Below, piece by piece: positions 1-12,379 of a DNA stretch of 64,000 nucleotides. The position numbers and the translations under genes are program-made. Under the pieces are notes generated by a model. The model had not been told where the DNA came from and did no database searches. It was given only the letters and a program-made list of their open reading frames with translations. The stretch comes from Raillietiella orientalis (Eukaryota): contig JAYWIR010000020.1 of the NCBI GenBank assembly GCA_036172245.1, forward strand, positions 1-64,000, read 5' to 3'. Position 1 is the stretch's first letter; the number at the start of each line of letters is the position of its first letter.

Positions 1-1534
1 CCCTCTCCTCCGCCCTTTGTGTTATGTTCGCTCGCCCCCTCACTCGATGAAGAGCACCGGCAGCAGCACCTCCTTCGTAAATCACTGTGGAGCCTGCAAG
101 GTTCAGGACCCACCTGAAAGACTTGGTGTCTCCGCGCCAGGATGCTGGCTTGGGATCCTGACCAGCCAGAAGGTGGGGCTGCAGTTGCGGTTCCGACTTT
201 TGACACTCTGAGCCAAATTGTGGTGGAGAGGTGTCACCTCCCTGAGCGCACCAGGAGAGTTGACGCCTCTCCCTGGTGTGCTCTGGCAACGAAGGGCTTC
301 TCTCGTTGCTACCGCGCTGCCGATTCAGGATGTCGGGATTCAGCTTTTACCCTGAGGCACACGTTGACATGCACCCTCGCATGCAGTGGACAGCGTTAAA
401 GAGCTCCATGAGACCCTAGGCGAACGTTTTTTCCAGTACATAGCGAACCCTCGAAAAAAAGGAAGACCACCCTTTCTCGAGAAGGATCTCCGCCTTCGAT
501 GGCGCGTCTAGCCCTTTTCCCCACCAAGAGTCCAGGTCGCCCTCGCCATTTCTCGGCGCCAGTTCTCCCCAGTGGCTCCGATCGCACCCGCGAAAATGGC
601 CTGCAGCTATTGATCGGTTTCCAAGCGACTGCCCTTTTCCAGGAATCCTCTGCTTCGGAGGCGCCATGACATCCACAGACGCCTCTCTCATCCGCCCTTG
701 GATAGGCTTCCGAATTCCTTCCTCCCTCCCCTACTCCGAGAAATTGCATTTTTCACGACTGTCGCCGTTCCCTTTCTCGACTTTCGCAGAGCCGCTTTCC
801 TCCTCCTGCCGCCTCAGCAGCAGCAGCGCGGGGAGCCAGTGAGCTCTTCGGCGTCACCCCAGCCTCGCCCTTGACTTTCCGTCCCTCGGGTACGCGCCCC
901 TCCCTGCCCTCTGTCTAGCGCGCGCACGCGCATCGCTTGCGGAATTCCGTCCCGTCGCATTCATCTTCCGCCGCTCGGTGGTTCGTCATTCCGCTACCGA
1001 GCCACTCCGCACCTCCCCCGCCTCTCCTCCTCCTCCTTCACATCCCGGACAGCTCCGGGTAGTGAGCTCTCCTCAACCTTTTCCCTCCCTTCCGAAAGAG
1101 GGTCACCCCTCCCCTGACGAATCCCCCAAGTTCGGAAGAGGTCGAGGGAGGAAGAGCCGTCGACGGCGCGGCTCCATCGGACCGAGAAGCACGCCGAAAC
1201 CCAGCAGCGGCTCGGCGGTGCCCTACTTGGCCTCTGCTTGGGGCAGCTTTCCGGAATGCGATTGCCACCGTCGTCTCCTCGCCTTCCGTGTGACGCACGG
1301 GCGCGACCTCGCCGCACGAGGGAGAGGACGCGTGTGCTCAAGCATTCGGGAGGTATCCCGGGCGACCTTGGAAAAGCAGTTCCTAACATTTTCCGAGCTT
1401 TCGTGTTTTTTTTTTGCGAGGGAGAGAGGCCGCACTCCCTAAGAATCGGGAGCTCCCGGAAACACTCGTTCGTTCCTGCCCGAGACCGTCTGGAGCGAAA
1501 GCGAGGAGCAGCGATCCCGCGCACCTCCGACGGC

Positions 1535-1610
1535 GGTCGTGCAGCTCCGAGGGTCCGCGCGTGAAAGGTCGAGACCCGGGTGTCGAGGGTTCGAACCCCG
1601 TCCGGGAAAT
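1535..1610 (+). mobile_element. possible tRNA-derived SINE head (B-box), degenerate
   Basis: GAGGGTTCGAACCCCG at about 1585-1600 matches the Pol III B-box/T-arm (GGTTCGANNCC). A weak A-box-like stretch lies about 45 nt upstream. It does not fold into a full cloverleaf. Confidence 0.3.
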
Positions 1611-2879
1611 GTTCGACGCCGAGAAGTGCGGGGTGCGTAGTCCCACCCGCGAGATGAAGTTGGCCGCTGGCCTCTTCGGGTGCGTTACCGGGGGAAGACG
1701 AGATTGGGAGCTGATCCTCCGGGGTCCCTTCCAGGAATCAAGGAGCCCTTTAGGTTCCCCCTCCGGTTGTCATCAAGCTCTTCACTTCCCGGACGTTCCA
1801 TGGTCCAGGAAGGGAAGAAAGAGAGGTGCGGCGGCGAGGGAGAAAGGAGAGGAGAAGAGTGGTCTCTCACACGACGACGAGGGGGACGGGAACTCCGCTC
1901 TCTCCCTCCCCGCACCTTGGTCGAACGCGGGGTTTCGTCCCGGATCCTCTAGAGGTATGAAGCCCCCATCCATCGTCCACCAAATTAAACCGGATGGGCC
2001 ATCAGATGGGTCCTCGCCTCTCGTTACACCTGCTGCTCCCGCTCGTTTAGCCTGAGTTATGTTTCCCGGTGGGACACGGGGGGGAGTTTTCCCGCTCCTG
2101 CGAGGAACACATTGCCAAGTTCTCCCCTGGCTCCGCAGGGGACTCTCGCGGATAACAAGGCCCGGGTCAGGAGCTGCCGTTAGCCGGTTAATGAAATGCA
2201 GATCGGCAGTCCCGACCCTCCCTACTAATGGGCGCGCTAACAACGGGTTCCCGCCAGTTCATTAGGGAAACAAGGCGGCGTTGCAAGCAGCGCGGTATAA
2301 ACGGGAAGAGAGTTCCATCCCTCGCTCTGCCACTTCCGCGGCTTCGTTTGGGGAGACGAATCCCCCCCTCTCTCCCCGCGTTCGCGTCGCTCCCGTTCGT
2401 CCGGCAAGGAGCAGAGATCTCGGGCGCGCCTTCTTGCGCCTGGGAGCGCTCGTGGGTTGCGGCGGGAAGAGGGGCAGCAGGCCAGAAAAGCAGGAGACAA
2501 GCGGGACGTTGGTTCCCTGGCAGGAAAACGTCGAGCATCAGGAAACTGCATCCGAGAAACTACCGGTCGTCTCAGGAGGGCGACCCCGGTGGTAGCTGAC
2601 GGAAGGGAGGCCGTCAGGTGAGGAAGCTCGTCTTCCGTGGGAAACAGCGGCGTGACCACGAGTCGGATGCCTTCCTTTCCTGAAGACGCTCGCAGTAGCT
2701 GTCGTCATCTACCGGAGGACGCGGGAGACGGGGCGGCGACACCCTTTTCCTTCCGTTTTTCGGGAAGCGGAGCGCGCCAGAGACGACGCGCGATTACTGG
2801 AAGCACCCGGAGTTGTACGAAAAGACCTACCGTTTCGACCGTGGCCTCGCGACTGGCGCCTCGTAAGCAGCTCGAGGGT

Positions 2880-3520
2880 GGCGAACAGGAAGAGATGGAC
2901 TTCCTAGGTCTGTAGCCTCGAGACATCGGCAAGTCGGCGTTCAGTTCGAGTGACCAAAACGCATCGCAGGGGTACCGCGACACCCCGAAGATCCTATTCA
3001 GGATATGATCGGTCGAAGGGTCGTTCCTTTGGGATGTCATCAGCTGCTCCCTCGCCGACGATTCCCTACAGCGTGGGAGGCATCTGTGGTGGCCGGGCTG
3101 GAAGAAGGGCACGTGGCTGTCGCCCTCGTGAGGGGGGATCCGCGGAACGGTCCAAGCTGGGGAGTGGCATACAAAGGCGCCACAGCAAGAAGGGGTTCAT
3201 CCTAGCTCGAAACCTGTGACAGCATCCCACCTCGCCCCTCTCATATCCCGCCCCTGAGACTATGCTCATCATCGGAGGCCGGTCCCTCCCTCCCTCCAGC
3301 CATTTATACATTTACTGACCCTCCCTCCACCACCACCCTGGCACTGACTTCAGTCAGGTCTGGTTGAACCTTTGGGTGTCCGGCCGGCACGTGCCTTCCC
3401 TATACCAATTTCATTTCTGTAGTAGAAGCAGATGAACACTCATTCCGAGACCCCAGTCCATCTGCGAGGACGCAGCCTACGTCAGTGGACCCCAAGTCTC
3501 GTCTCCAGACTGGCATCGCA
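2880..3520 (-). mobile_element. possible Ty3/Gypsy integrase core remnant
   Basis: Frame-broken peptides in integrase order: ETWGPLT (D.xGPL-like), KWLEGGRDRPPMMSIVSGAG (W..RFG.P..IVSD.G-like), YATPQLG (YHPQ.NG-like). Matched by eye only. Confidence 0.3.
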
Positions 3521-5899
3521 AATCAGAGAAGGGAAGAAGGAAAAAGTGGTCATCTTTTCTTCTTTTTCTCTCGCGGAGCGAGAACCTGACGCTGTAGCAA
3601 AGGTCGATGCAAACGATGAGAAGAGGAGGGGAGGAAGGGAGGAGGAGCTGAGAATTGCAGAAAGCATGGGGATGATGTGAGAAGGAGCGCACACTTCCGT
3701 CGGCGTATTTCTCCTTTCGTTCCGCGAACCGCCATCGGGATCCGCGTCTGGCGCCCGAGAACGCTACCTGCGGGGGAGCTCCGCCACGACGGCAGCCCTA
3801 GGGACGCCGGCGAAGTGGCTATTGGGTAGCAGCCGGAAGCGCAATGGATCCACGCCGCGCGTGTGTCATCGTGGAGGCGCTCGGCATGCCCATGAGGCCG
3901 ATCGGGTCGCCCGCCCGGAAGCTCCCGCACCCTGGTCCTGGGAGCCTTGAAACCTTCACTGCTCTGCGCGGAGACCACGCCCAGTCCATCCCGTTCCCCT
4001 CTCCCCCGTCTCCTTGGCTCCACTACAAGTGTCTCCGCGGGAGGAAACGGTCCTCTCGACGCTGCGTGGTCTAGAGATGAGTCGAGTGGACCCAACCCCG
4101 CGCGCTTCCGGTAGAGGCATGTCGAGATGGAGGAGACCGCCTCAGACTGAAGCTGTGCCCTTTGACGGCGCTTCTTTGAGGAAGGGAGGGAGGGAGGAAG
4201 GGGGGGTGGAGAGCAGTGCGCGCGCGTCCGACGAGGGCCGCTCGCATTTTCCCTGGGGAAGGCTGCCCTCCCCCCGCTACTCCTACGGCGACCATCAGAC
4301 AAAAGGAGCCGCGAAGATGACGAGCAGCGATCGTTCGCATGCCTCCTCCCTGCTGGATCACGGAGGGAGCTCACTTGACCAGGCTTCGCCGCACCCACCG
4401 TCTGGAAGCTGAACTGACGCTCGAGGGGAGATAACACGGGTTTCCTCGTGTCTTCCCTGCATCCTTGTCACCCTCTGAAGCCTCCTCCCTCTTCCAGGCT
4501 GTAGACCGCTCGGAGTCATGGGATTCCCTCCCACACACACACGAAAATGCGCTCAGGAGATCTGGGGTCATATTCAAGGCGCGTGAGGCCTGAGGCGCAA
4601 GCTGACGGCCTGAACCATCATGTAGCGGTTCCGCCACAGCTCCTCATTGGGCACCCCTGCTGGGAGAGGTTTCTGACGGAGTCTCTTCCAGAGACTCCTC
4701 GGGAGGAGGGGGGAGAAGGAGACTCTTTGCGATGACCTGATCTGCAGTCTGGATTTAGACGGAGCTTCGGGTCTCGCCTAAATCCTGCCGAGGAGCTTGT
4801 GAGGATTGCCAGGCACCTCCCGGTCGTCATGGTATGGTACCGAAGCCTCCGCGCCTGCTTGCTGCACAGTGGTGTGCGCGAGACGGAGAGCCGGTTGGAA
4901 AAGATTCCTCGCGTGCCTATCCTCTTTTTCCCTTTGTCCGTCCCGTTTTTCGTCTCTCCAACGCAAGCCGCGCTGCCTTCCTCTTCGGATACTGGACGTC
5001 CGTCCAGGAAGCCAGGGGAACACGCGCCACATCCTCCCTTTTTTTTCCAGAGCCGGAGAGCGACTCGCAGTGCGTCCCCGCGAGCGGGTGGGGACAGGAG
5101 ACCCAGCGTTGCCAAGGGATCCCGCGCGCGTCCACGTTGCGCGGAACGCCGCGGAGCGAACCTTCCGACGGCGGGCGCTCAGCTGCCCTCCATCAGTGCC
5201 GCCGCGGTGCGCTCCCTCGGAGCTCCTCACCACCGGGCGGTGCCCCACCTCCTGCCTCACTGCGCGGCGGGCAGGCCGTGCTCTCCCCAGCCCGCGGCAC
5301 TCTTTCCTGATCCCTGTCGCTAACGACTCTTAGAAGCGCGCCAAATCCCATCCCGAGCACTTCCCGCGCCCTCACCGATGAGCCCCTTCGATCGATTTTT
5401 TCCGTCCCCCGCCCTCCTTTCGTCGGGTTTCCCCGAGCGCCGAAAGCGAAGGCAATATGTCGTCCTGCGCGACGTAAATAAACGAACGCCTCGCGAGTTC
5501 ACGTTGCCGCAGCGATCCAGCTGAGAGACGGCATCGTGAGGCTGCGTGGGGAAGAAGGGGAGGACGGGAACGAGGAGGAGAAAGGCGCTCGTGAAACGGG
5601 GCGATCCCCAGTCGCGCGTTCATCTCTAGGCGGCGGGAGCCGGCTGAGCGCTGTGAGCGATTTCCGTCGGGGTAGTGAGGACGCCAAGGCATGGATGCAC
5701 GGCGGCAGCACCCATGCCTTGGCGCATATGGATCTCCCCAAGCGAGGAGCCGACAAAGGAAGCGATTCGCCCCTACGGGGAAGGGGGAAGGATGGAAGCA
5801 CCGCTGCCCGTTTCGAGGCCACGCCTAGGTTCCTCGCAAGTCCCCTGAACGGTAACTAACCCCTGCCTCGCATTCATCAGGGAAGCGGCCTGGACTGAC

Positions 5900-6060
5900 G
5901 GCACTTTAGGAGTCAATGCTGGCGAAAGGGAGGACTGCCCACGGTCGCCACTGCCCTGCTGTTGAGTTAAAAATGCTCCACCAGTTGCTCGTTCTGGCCG
6001 ATGACCCGAGGTCTGTCTCCAGTAAATGCCCCGTCCATGCTAGATATTGACACTCCTCTC
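5900..6060 (-). mobile_element. RTE-clade LINE ORF C-terminal remnant
   Basis: YLAWTGHLLETDLGSSARTSNWW...GQWRP, then VGSPPFR after a frameshift, resembles the RTE C-terminal motif RLRW.GHV.R...W...G.R..GRP..RW.D. Confidence 0.4.
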
Positions 6061-6624
6061 CTTTCTCGTCTTTTTTTTGCCTCAAGGCCTCTGAGCACCT
6101 CAGCATCCTTCGGGCCCGGGGTTCCGCCCTTCAGCGCTCTTTCCGAAGCTGGTGCTTCCCGCTTTTACCCCGGTCACGCCGGCACTTGACCGAAGAAATG
6201 ATCTCCTCTCCAGGTCTTAGAGTCGCCTCCTTGCTGGCGGCTTTCCTTCTGCGTGCACTTTTCGAAGGAAGGCTGTGGCTGCCGTCCCGGGGAACGGTTC
6301 GCAGTCCCCAGCGCCCGTACGCGAAACGCGGCGTTCCGAGATGTGGAGTTCGGGGGAACCTTCGAACGGTTGCAGGCACACTGACCCGACACCGGTGAGG
6401 GCACCTTCATACCCCTATCCGATTCACACTGATGGTCTTCTTCTCCCCCGGGTGACTTTCTTAGCCTCTGTCTCCTCCGCCTCCGCCAGGGGAGAATCGC
6501 CTGCTTCCGCGGGGCGGTGAAACCTAATTGGGTTGCGGCTGGCGTGCAGCCCGTTCGGGGTCCCGCCGGCGTGCTTCCTCTCGGTCACGCCCCGGACCCG
6601 CTCGCAGGAAGAGGCGAGTAAAAG

Positions 6625-6826
6625 TGGGAACCTTCTGCTGGACCTGGTGTCATCCAGGAGCGTAGCAACGTGACCTCTCAGAGGAAGAAGCGCTCGTAGC
6701 GAGGACACCAGCCCTGATTCTTCAGGTGGTGTTTGGTCTCCTTGGGAACGAATCTCTCAAGGAATCTCCACCCTCCTCTCTTCATTTTCTGTCTCCAGCC
6801 CATCACATTGGGCGGCTGCGAGTTGG
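6625..6826 (-). repeat. dispersed repeat family A, copy 1 (inverted relative to 9011-9213)
   Basis: The reverse complement is nearly identical to 9011-9213. Both give the ORF-track peptide NVMGWRQKMKR.GWRFLERFVPKETKHHLKNQGWCPRYER. Confidence 0.92.
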
Positions 6827-7080
6827 TCGGGAAGAACAAGCAGCAGTCGAGTGTGGTCGGCTTCACGGCCACACCGTAGCGATCGGGAACACGACCGCTT
6901 CCGGAGCGGCCGAGCTCCTCCCCAATCCTGCTAGCCGCTCCCCTGCCCAACGGAGGCTACCGGGAAAATCGCACCGAGCAGCGCGGGGCCGGTCCATCTC
7001 CTTCCCCATTGAGTCGTCGATTCACTCGATTCACTCCTCCCTCCTCTCTCAGCACTCCTCCCTGGTCGACGATCCTGCCT

Positions 7081-7118
7081 GAGGAGTACCCTCGCTGTTC
7101 CCAGCGAGGGTACTCCTC
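7081..7118. repeat. perfect 17-bp inverted repeat (4-nt loop)
   Basis: GAGGAGTACCCTCGCTG-TTCC-CAGCGAGGGTACTCCTC. Confidence 0.97.
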
Positions 7119-7549
7119 CCCTTCCGTTGCGAACCGCCCCACGTCGCTCTTTCCCGTTCCACTTTTGCATGGATTTCGTTTGTTTTTTCCAAATAGCTGC
7201 GCCGGCAATCCGAGACAAAATGGTCACAGCGGGGCGTTTATCGCAATTAAAGAAATGTGCATCCATGTGCCTTGGAACTCCGGGAACGCGGACGCACAAA
7301 TCAGCAGGGAAGAGGAAAACATGAACAGTGGGGATAAGGGAGCGAAGAAAGGGAGAAAAAGTAACTAAACAAATAGGCAGTGGGGGAGGGATCCCTGGCG
7401 CATACGTTTATCGTCTCCGCGACAAGTGCTAATGGCGGTGGGAGAAGGAAAAAGGGTCAGTGGGCTTCTGTCCTGTGTCCACATAGATGTCTCGCAATTA
7501 GGGAGGTCTTCTCCTTTATTTCCGCTCCGAGGTGAGGACATCTTGCTAC

Positions 7550-8500
7550 CTCCTCCATCACGAGGCGGTAAACCCCGTGACCTCCCTCTGGTGCTGTCTC
7601 GTGGCGATTCACCGTGACCGCCTCTATCGGATGCAGCGCGGAATAGCCAGTGGTTGAGAGCCTTCGAGGTGTGGGTGATCGCCTGGGAAGGTGGCGAGAG
7701 CAGTCGGACCTCTTGCACCCAGAGCACTTTGGCCAGCGACCAGGAAGGACAGCCTCCTCTACTCAGTCCCTCCTCTTCGCCACTCTTCTTCCGATACGAT
7801 TGCCGACTCTTCACCGGGACAGGCAGCAGCCAGCAAAGTGGCTCGACCTTTGTCTCGGAGTGCCAAGTCCAGTCGGAGCCCGCGGTCGCCTTCAGGCAGT
7901 GATCGTCACGAAAACCACCACCAGCTCCCCCACCTTTTCCACGTCGCCACCTTGACGGAGCTGACTGGATGGTGGCACCTCTCTGCGGCGGAGTTGGCAT
8001 TTCTCATACAGAATCCGAGGACGCGGGCCAGGGTGCCTTCCCATGCTGAACGCCTCCTGGGAGCTCGACGGGCACCACTCTCACGGTCACTCGAGTTTAA
8101 TCGGGAGCAACGTGTAGGAACCGCTCAGTGGTCAATGAACCTCAGTTAATCCCCCGGTGCGCAAGAACGCGTGCAGAGGAACGGCGAGTCGCTCAGAGAA
8201 CTTCGCGATGCCCCGCAAGCAGGCAGAGAGCAAGAACAGGATGCTGCGTGCCGTCCTCCATAGTCGCGGCGCGCGCTGGAGAAACACCTTGAATCCTCTC
8301 CAGGGGCAAACTCTTAGAGGTAATTCAGATGAGCAGCAGTGTCAAGAAACCAGATAATGATGGAGCCTCCCGCTGCGCTGGGAAACCAACGAGGCCCCGA
8401 TGTAGGATGAGGCCCTACCACTGCTAAGATATACCAAGATGAAAGCTCCGGAGCACTGCATTCGTTTGGACCACCTTCCTCAACATCTGACTGCATACGG
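7550..8500 (-). mobile_element. Ty3/Gypsy integrase remnant (zinc-binding region plus core), highly eroded
   Basis: GLILHRGLVGFPAQRE (GL.LY.GRVVIP..LR-like), PRLWRTARSILFLLSAC (WP.M..D...V..C..C-like), RGGCPSWS and ITHTSKALNH occur in integrase order, with many stops and frameshifts. Confidence 0.4.
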
Positions 8501-9010
8501 TCAAGATTTCATGCGCATTTCTCCTTCTTTATGTACCGGACCTGCTCTTTAGGGAGGGCGGTGCGAAACAAAACCAGGTCCAGGAAGGGAGGAGGGAGCC
8601 ACCCTTGAGTGCCTGGCCCTGGGAGACAGTCCTTCCGACGTCCCTTTCCTGAGATCTTCCTGCAGGTCGGTTATGTTCCCTCACTAATGGACCGCGTGCT
8701 CTCCCAGTCGCTTTGAAGCCAAAAAGAGATAAGCGTCAGCTGCCGGGTTCTGCAGCATTTAGAAGTGCATCCTCCAGAGAGCTCTTGCAGTGTTTTCTGC
8801 TCCCGTCAATCTTGGGACGCTGTCCGTTTTCTTTCCTCTTCCCGTAAAGGATGAAGGAAAACGGGATTACTGGGATGGAGGCTGCAACCTTTCAGGAAAA
8901 GCAAAGCTGCCGATTTTATCTGATGTGCATCCGCTCCTGTCGTCTCCGCTGCTTCCTCCTTTTCGTTTCGTCTTCCCTTCTAGCAATCGACTGCTGCGTG
9001 TGCTCTCCAT

Positions 9011-9310
9011 CCAACTCGCAGCCGCACAACGTGATGGGCTGGAGACAGAAAATGAAGAGAGAAGGGTGGAGATTCCTTGAGAGATTCGTTCCCAAGGAGA
9101 CCAAACACCACCTGAAGAATCAGGGCTGGTGTCCTCGCTACGAGCGCTCCTTCCTCTGAGAGGTTGCGTTGCTACTCTCCTGCATGGCACCAACTCCAGC
9201 AGAGGCAGTTCCCTCTTTTCTTTGCTGCCTCTCTCGTGGAGCCGTCAAGGAACATTTTCACCAGAGGAATTCGAAAAGCAGACTTCTTTCTACCTTGGTG
9301 GGGTTGGGGT
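9011..9310 (+). repeat. dispersed repeat family A, copy 2
   Basis: 9011-9213 is inverted to 6625-6826. 9130-9310 is also inverted to about 13730-13910 (GTCAAGGAACATTT...CAGAGGAAT shared). Confidence 0.9.
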
Positions 9311-9765
9311 GGGTTCTGAGAAGGGGAGAAGAAAGCACAATTGGCGATTTTTTGCCTATTGTCGTTTCAGCCATGTGATCGTCGACGAGGCTGAGCGATA
9401 GCGCTCACGGAGACACGAAGACACGCCATCAGCCTCCTTTCTCGTTGCATGATTCTGACAACCGCCAAGGAAAGTTTCCATGGCCTTGCAGTTCAGTGAA
9501 CTGAGTACCAAGCCAATGAGGGGCCCGGATCACCATCAACATCACCTTTTTTTTTCTTTTTAACAGGGTCGCCAACGAAACAAGATGCTTTAAAAAAAAA
9601 CACTTTTGGTGGTGCATGCGGACCTTTCTTCTAGGGAAGGGCATTTCGTATCGGGTCCTCACACGTGCCAAGCTCGGCGGAGGAGCCGTGAGGAACCACT
9701 CGGAAGGAACGACATGACCAATCTGCAGTCTTCTCGCCAACGCCTTCTAGCTATCTTCTAGCTAC

Positions 9766-10340
9766 GGCTCACCGCTTCCGGGTGCATAATCTGCTTCCCG
9801 TATGCTTCTGGGGATCTGTTGCACGCTGCCGACACCAGGAGGAAGCAGCGGCCTTCCCCTCCTACACCCCATCCCTCTAACGAATGCCGGTGTTTGGTTC
9901 CGGAAGGTTCCTCCGTGCTCCGGAAGGCGTGGCCGATTTCGAGAATGAAGCAGTGGAGAATCTCCGCTGCATGTTTTCATAGTCGTGGGCTGGAAACAAC
10001 TGTTTCCAGCTCGTTTATATCAATAAACGTCCCGGCGTGACCGGGTGAAAAATTTCGAGCCCGATGCCGGCACGGGCCGGGATCACGTGACCCGGAAAGT
10101 TCGCAACACCCTGCGAACGGGCGCCGATCGATAGGAGGTGGAAGGGGCACACCACGGTGATCGCAATCCTGCCCTCCCGTGGTGATGCTATCGCAGTGCA
10201 CGCTTCGCGATGATGACCTGGTGCTTCCGCTTAGCAGTTCGTCCCCAAGGAGACCCGATGCCACTGGAGAATCGTTGTCCTCACCACGAGCGCTCCTTCC
10301 TCTGAGAGGTCGCGTTGCCACGCTCCTGCCAGGCACCAGG
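9766..10340 (+). repeat. dispersed repeat family A, copy 3 (carries a 108-bp extra segment)
   Basis: High-identity inverted match to 13848-14304. Shares the core GTCCTC.C.ACGAGCGCTCCTTCCTCTGAGAGGT.GCGTTGC with copies 1 and 2. Confidence 0.92.
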
Positions 10341-10499
10341 TCTTAGAGTGGAGGGCTTCTTTTCGACTTGGCCGCTTTATACAGGGGAGCAGCGCGGCAC
10401 CTACAGACGAAGGGAAGAGGAGGGCCGCAAAGAAAGGCCAAGAAAGTTCGCCAGCAGCACGGGTGACGAGTCGGAAGTCGTGTCGCTGTTGCGAGATCC

Positions 10500-11300
10500 G
10501 CTCGGATTCTGGACGCGTGCCATTGTGCTGGAAGCAGTGTTTGGAGTCAGCTTTCAACGAGTGCCAACATTTCCATCGGCGACGCTCTTGTCTACGATTC
10601 CCCTGCGTGGTCCACCTCTGGGCCATCCCTTTAGTGGAAGAGATGTGATGGGAGAAAGACTGTCATGGGATCAGGCGTGCATTCCTTGGGGAAAAGGAAG
10701 GAAACACCGTTCCAGACTCAGGCCTTTGGGACTGCCATGTCCTTCTCCGCACTGCAGCACACTGCATCGATTGGATGACTTTGCGTGAATCTCTGCTCCC
10801 TCGTTGCTCGGAGTTCTTCTGAGTCTCCTTTTCCGCTCTCCAGTCTTTTTCCTGTCATTTTTTTCCTTTTCTTTTGAAGAGCAAGCAGAAGTCAAGCTGG
10901 ATGCCCCAGGCAGTTTGATCTACATCTCCCGCGAACTGGACATCTGTCTCGGGAAGTATTGTCCTATAAGGCGACTGGATCAGCTGAAGATGGAACGGTC
11001 CATGCCTTCCTCCTTCCCTGGACTCTTCCCCAAGTGCCCCATTCTAAATCTAACCGAGACGTTTGCCGTCCTCCCCGCGTACACATCCTGCTCTCACTCC
11101 CCTAGGTTGTCCCAAACCATCCAGAGTCAGATGCCACTCTCCACCCGAGCCACGTCGCCGCCAGCGGTGCAAGCGTTTTCCAGGAAAATATCGAGATGCC
11201 TCCGGAACGTCTCCTGGAGAACTTCCTGAAGGCGAGAGGACGTCGCGACCGCGCGTCTTGGACGTACCCATGGGAAAGAAGGAGCGCGGAGTGGGGGAAG
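10500..11300 (-). pseudogene. relic of a tandem HMG-box protein gene
   Basis: Box 1: VRPRRAVATSSRLQEVLQETFRRHL...GGDVARVESGI*LWMVWDNLGE*EQDVY. Then a K/E-rich linker (SKEKEKNDRKK). Box 2: PQRPESGTVFPSF...KCWHSLKADSKHCF. Both resemble the HMG consensus PKRP.SA..LF...R...GE..K..G..W..L.E.EK..Y, with stops and frameshifts. Confidence 0.4.
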
Positions 11301-11817
11301 TGGAGGACAAGTGGGAAGGTAGGAAGTGGTTTCGAGCCCTCGGGGAGAATTGGGGAGGCCGCGTTCCTGGATTCGACGGCGGCGTGGAGGCCCCACTTGT
11401 ACCACACGTTCCTTCCGGAAGACTTGATGCTCCCCTCAGCACGTGACCTCACTGGACGGATGGCTGAATGCAGTGCGTTTCTTTTGACTTCTGAGACGGC
11501 GTGTGCAAGGAAAAGTCTCGGGCTGCCTCGCTGCTGCCGAGAGCATTGGTCGACCGGTGATCCGTGAGGAATCTTCATCCCACTTCCCAGGGGTGGGTTT
11601 TTTGTCTCCCTTCCTTCCACTTGGCGAGCAATGCGGCCGGAAGTCAGTTCTCAGCTGCGTTGCGCGCGCCCAGTCCTGCGAGATCAAACTGCGAGGGGTT
11701 GATGAGCAGAACAGAGGATTTCCGCCCCTCGCAGAAGGCAGGTGGGATGCGTCCCGAGAGCACGACGATTGGTTCTTTGGTCTTCATCTCCTCTGGAAGG
11801 CTTTCTCATCCTGTGGC

Positions 11818-12301
11818 TGCTCCGCCTCCGCTAGGGGCTCCTCGCCTACCTTCCGCGCAAAAGGGAAACGGGACTCGGTTGCGGCTGGTGCGCAGCCCGT
11901 CCAGGGTCCCGCCGGCGCTCTTCCTTCCAGTCACGACTCGGACCCGCACGCGGGAAGCGCAAAGACGCGACGTCTTCCTTAGCGACCAACCATCTCCCCA
12001 CTTCTCCCCGTCGCTCCGCTGCCCAACGGAGGCCCCCGGGAAAATCGCGCCGAGCCCAGCAAGGAACCTCGAAGGGGGACCGGACCATCGCCTTCCCCGT
12101 TCACTCGTCGATTCACTTTCTGGTCCTTCCTCCTCTCTCTGCACTCCTTCCTGGTCGACGATCCTGCCTGGTCCTGTCCCCAGCGAGTTTGCTCCTCCCC
12201 TTCCGTTGCGGACCGGCTCACGTCGCTCTTTCCCTGACTGCATGGATTTCGTTTGTTTTTTCGAAATAGCTGAGCCGACAATCCGGGACGGGAAGGTCAC
12301 A
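11818..12301 (+). repeat. dispersed repeat family B, copy 2 (uninterrupted)
   Basis: Direct match to 6472-6612 plus 6915-7228. Confidence 0.9.
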
Positions 12302-12379
12302 TCCCGGAGCACTCAGCCGAATTGCAGCTCCCACGCAACGACAAAGAATCAGTCAAGAAAGGAGGACGTTCCAAGGAGG

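Larger units (their letters stand above)
6472..7228 (+). repeat. dispersed repeat family B, copy 1 (interrupted at about 6620-6910)
   Basis: 6472-6612 and 6915-7228 align in direct orientation with 11818-12301, e.g. CTGCCCAACGGAGGC, CCTGGTCGACGATCCTGCCTG, TGCATGGATTTCGTTTGTTTTTTC. Confidence 0.9.

Noticed and set aside
9470..9550. - strand LGTQFT as an integrase D.GTQFTS motif
   Set aside because: A single short motif without the catalytic Asp; too weak to call.
9940..9975. Hammerhead ribozyme (Penelope-type) in the structured segment, and at 47735-47775
   Set aside because: Stems are present, but the CTGANGA and GAAA core boxes are not both there in the correct arrangement.
10490..10680. 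+ strand DPLGF...LSWDQ as a BEL/Pao RT fragment
   Set aside because: Spacing is wrong, there are no neighbouring Pao motifs, and the - strand fits an HMG box better.
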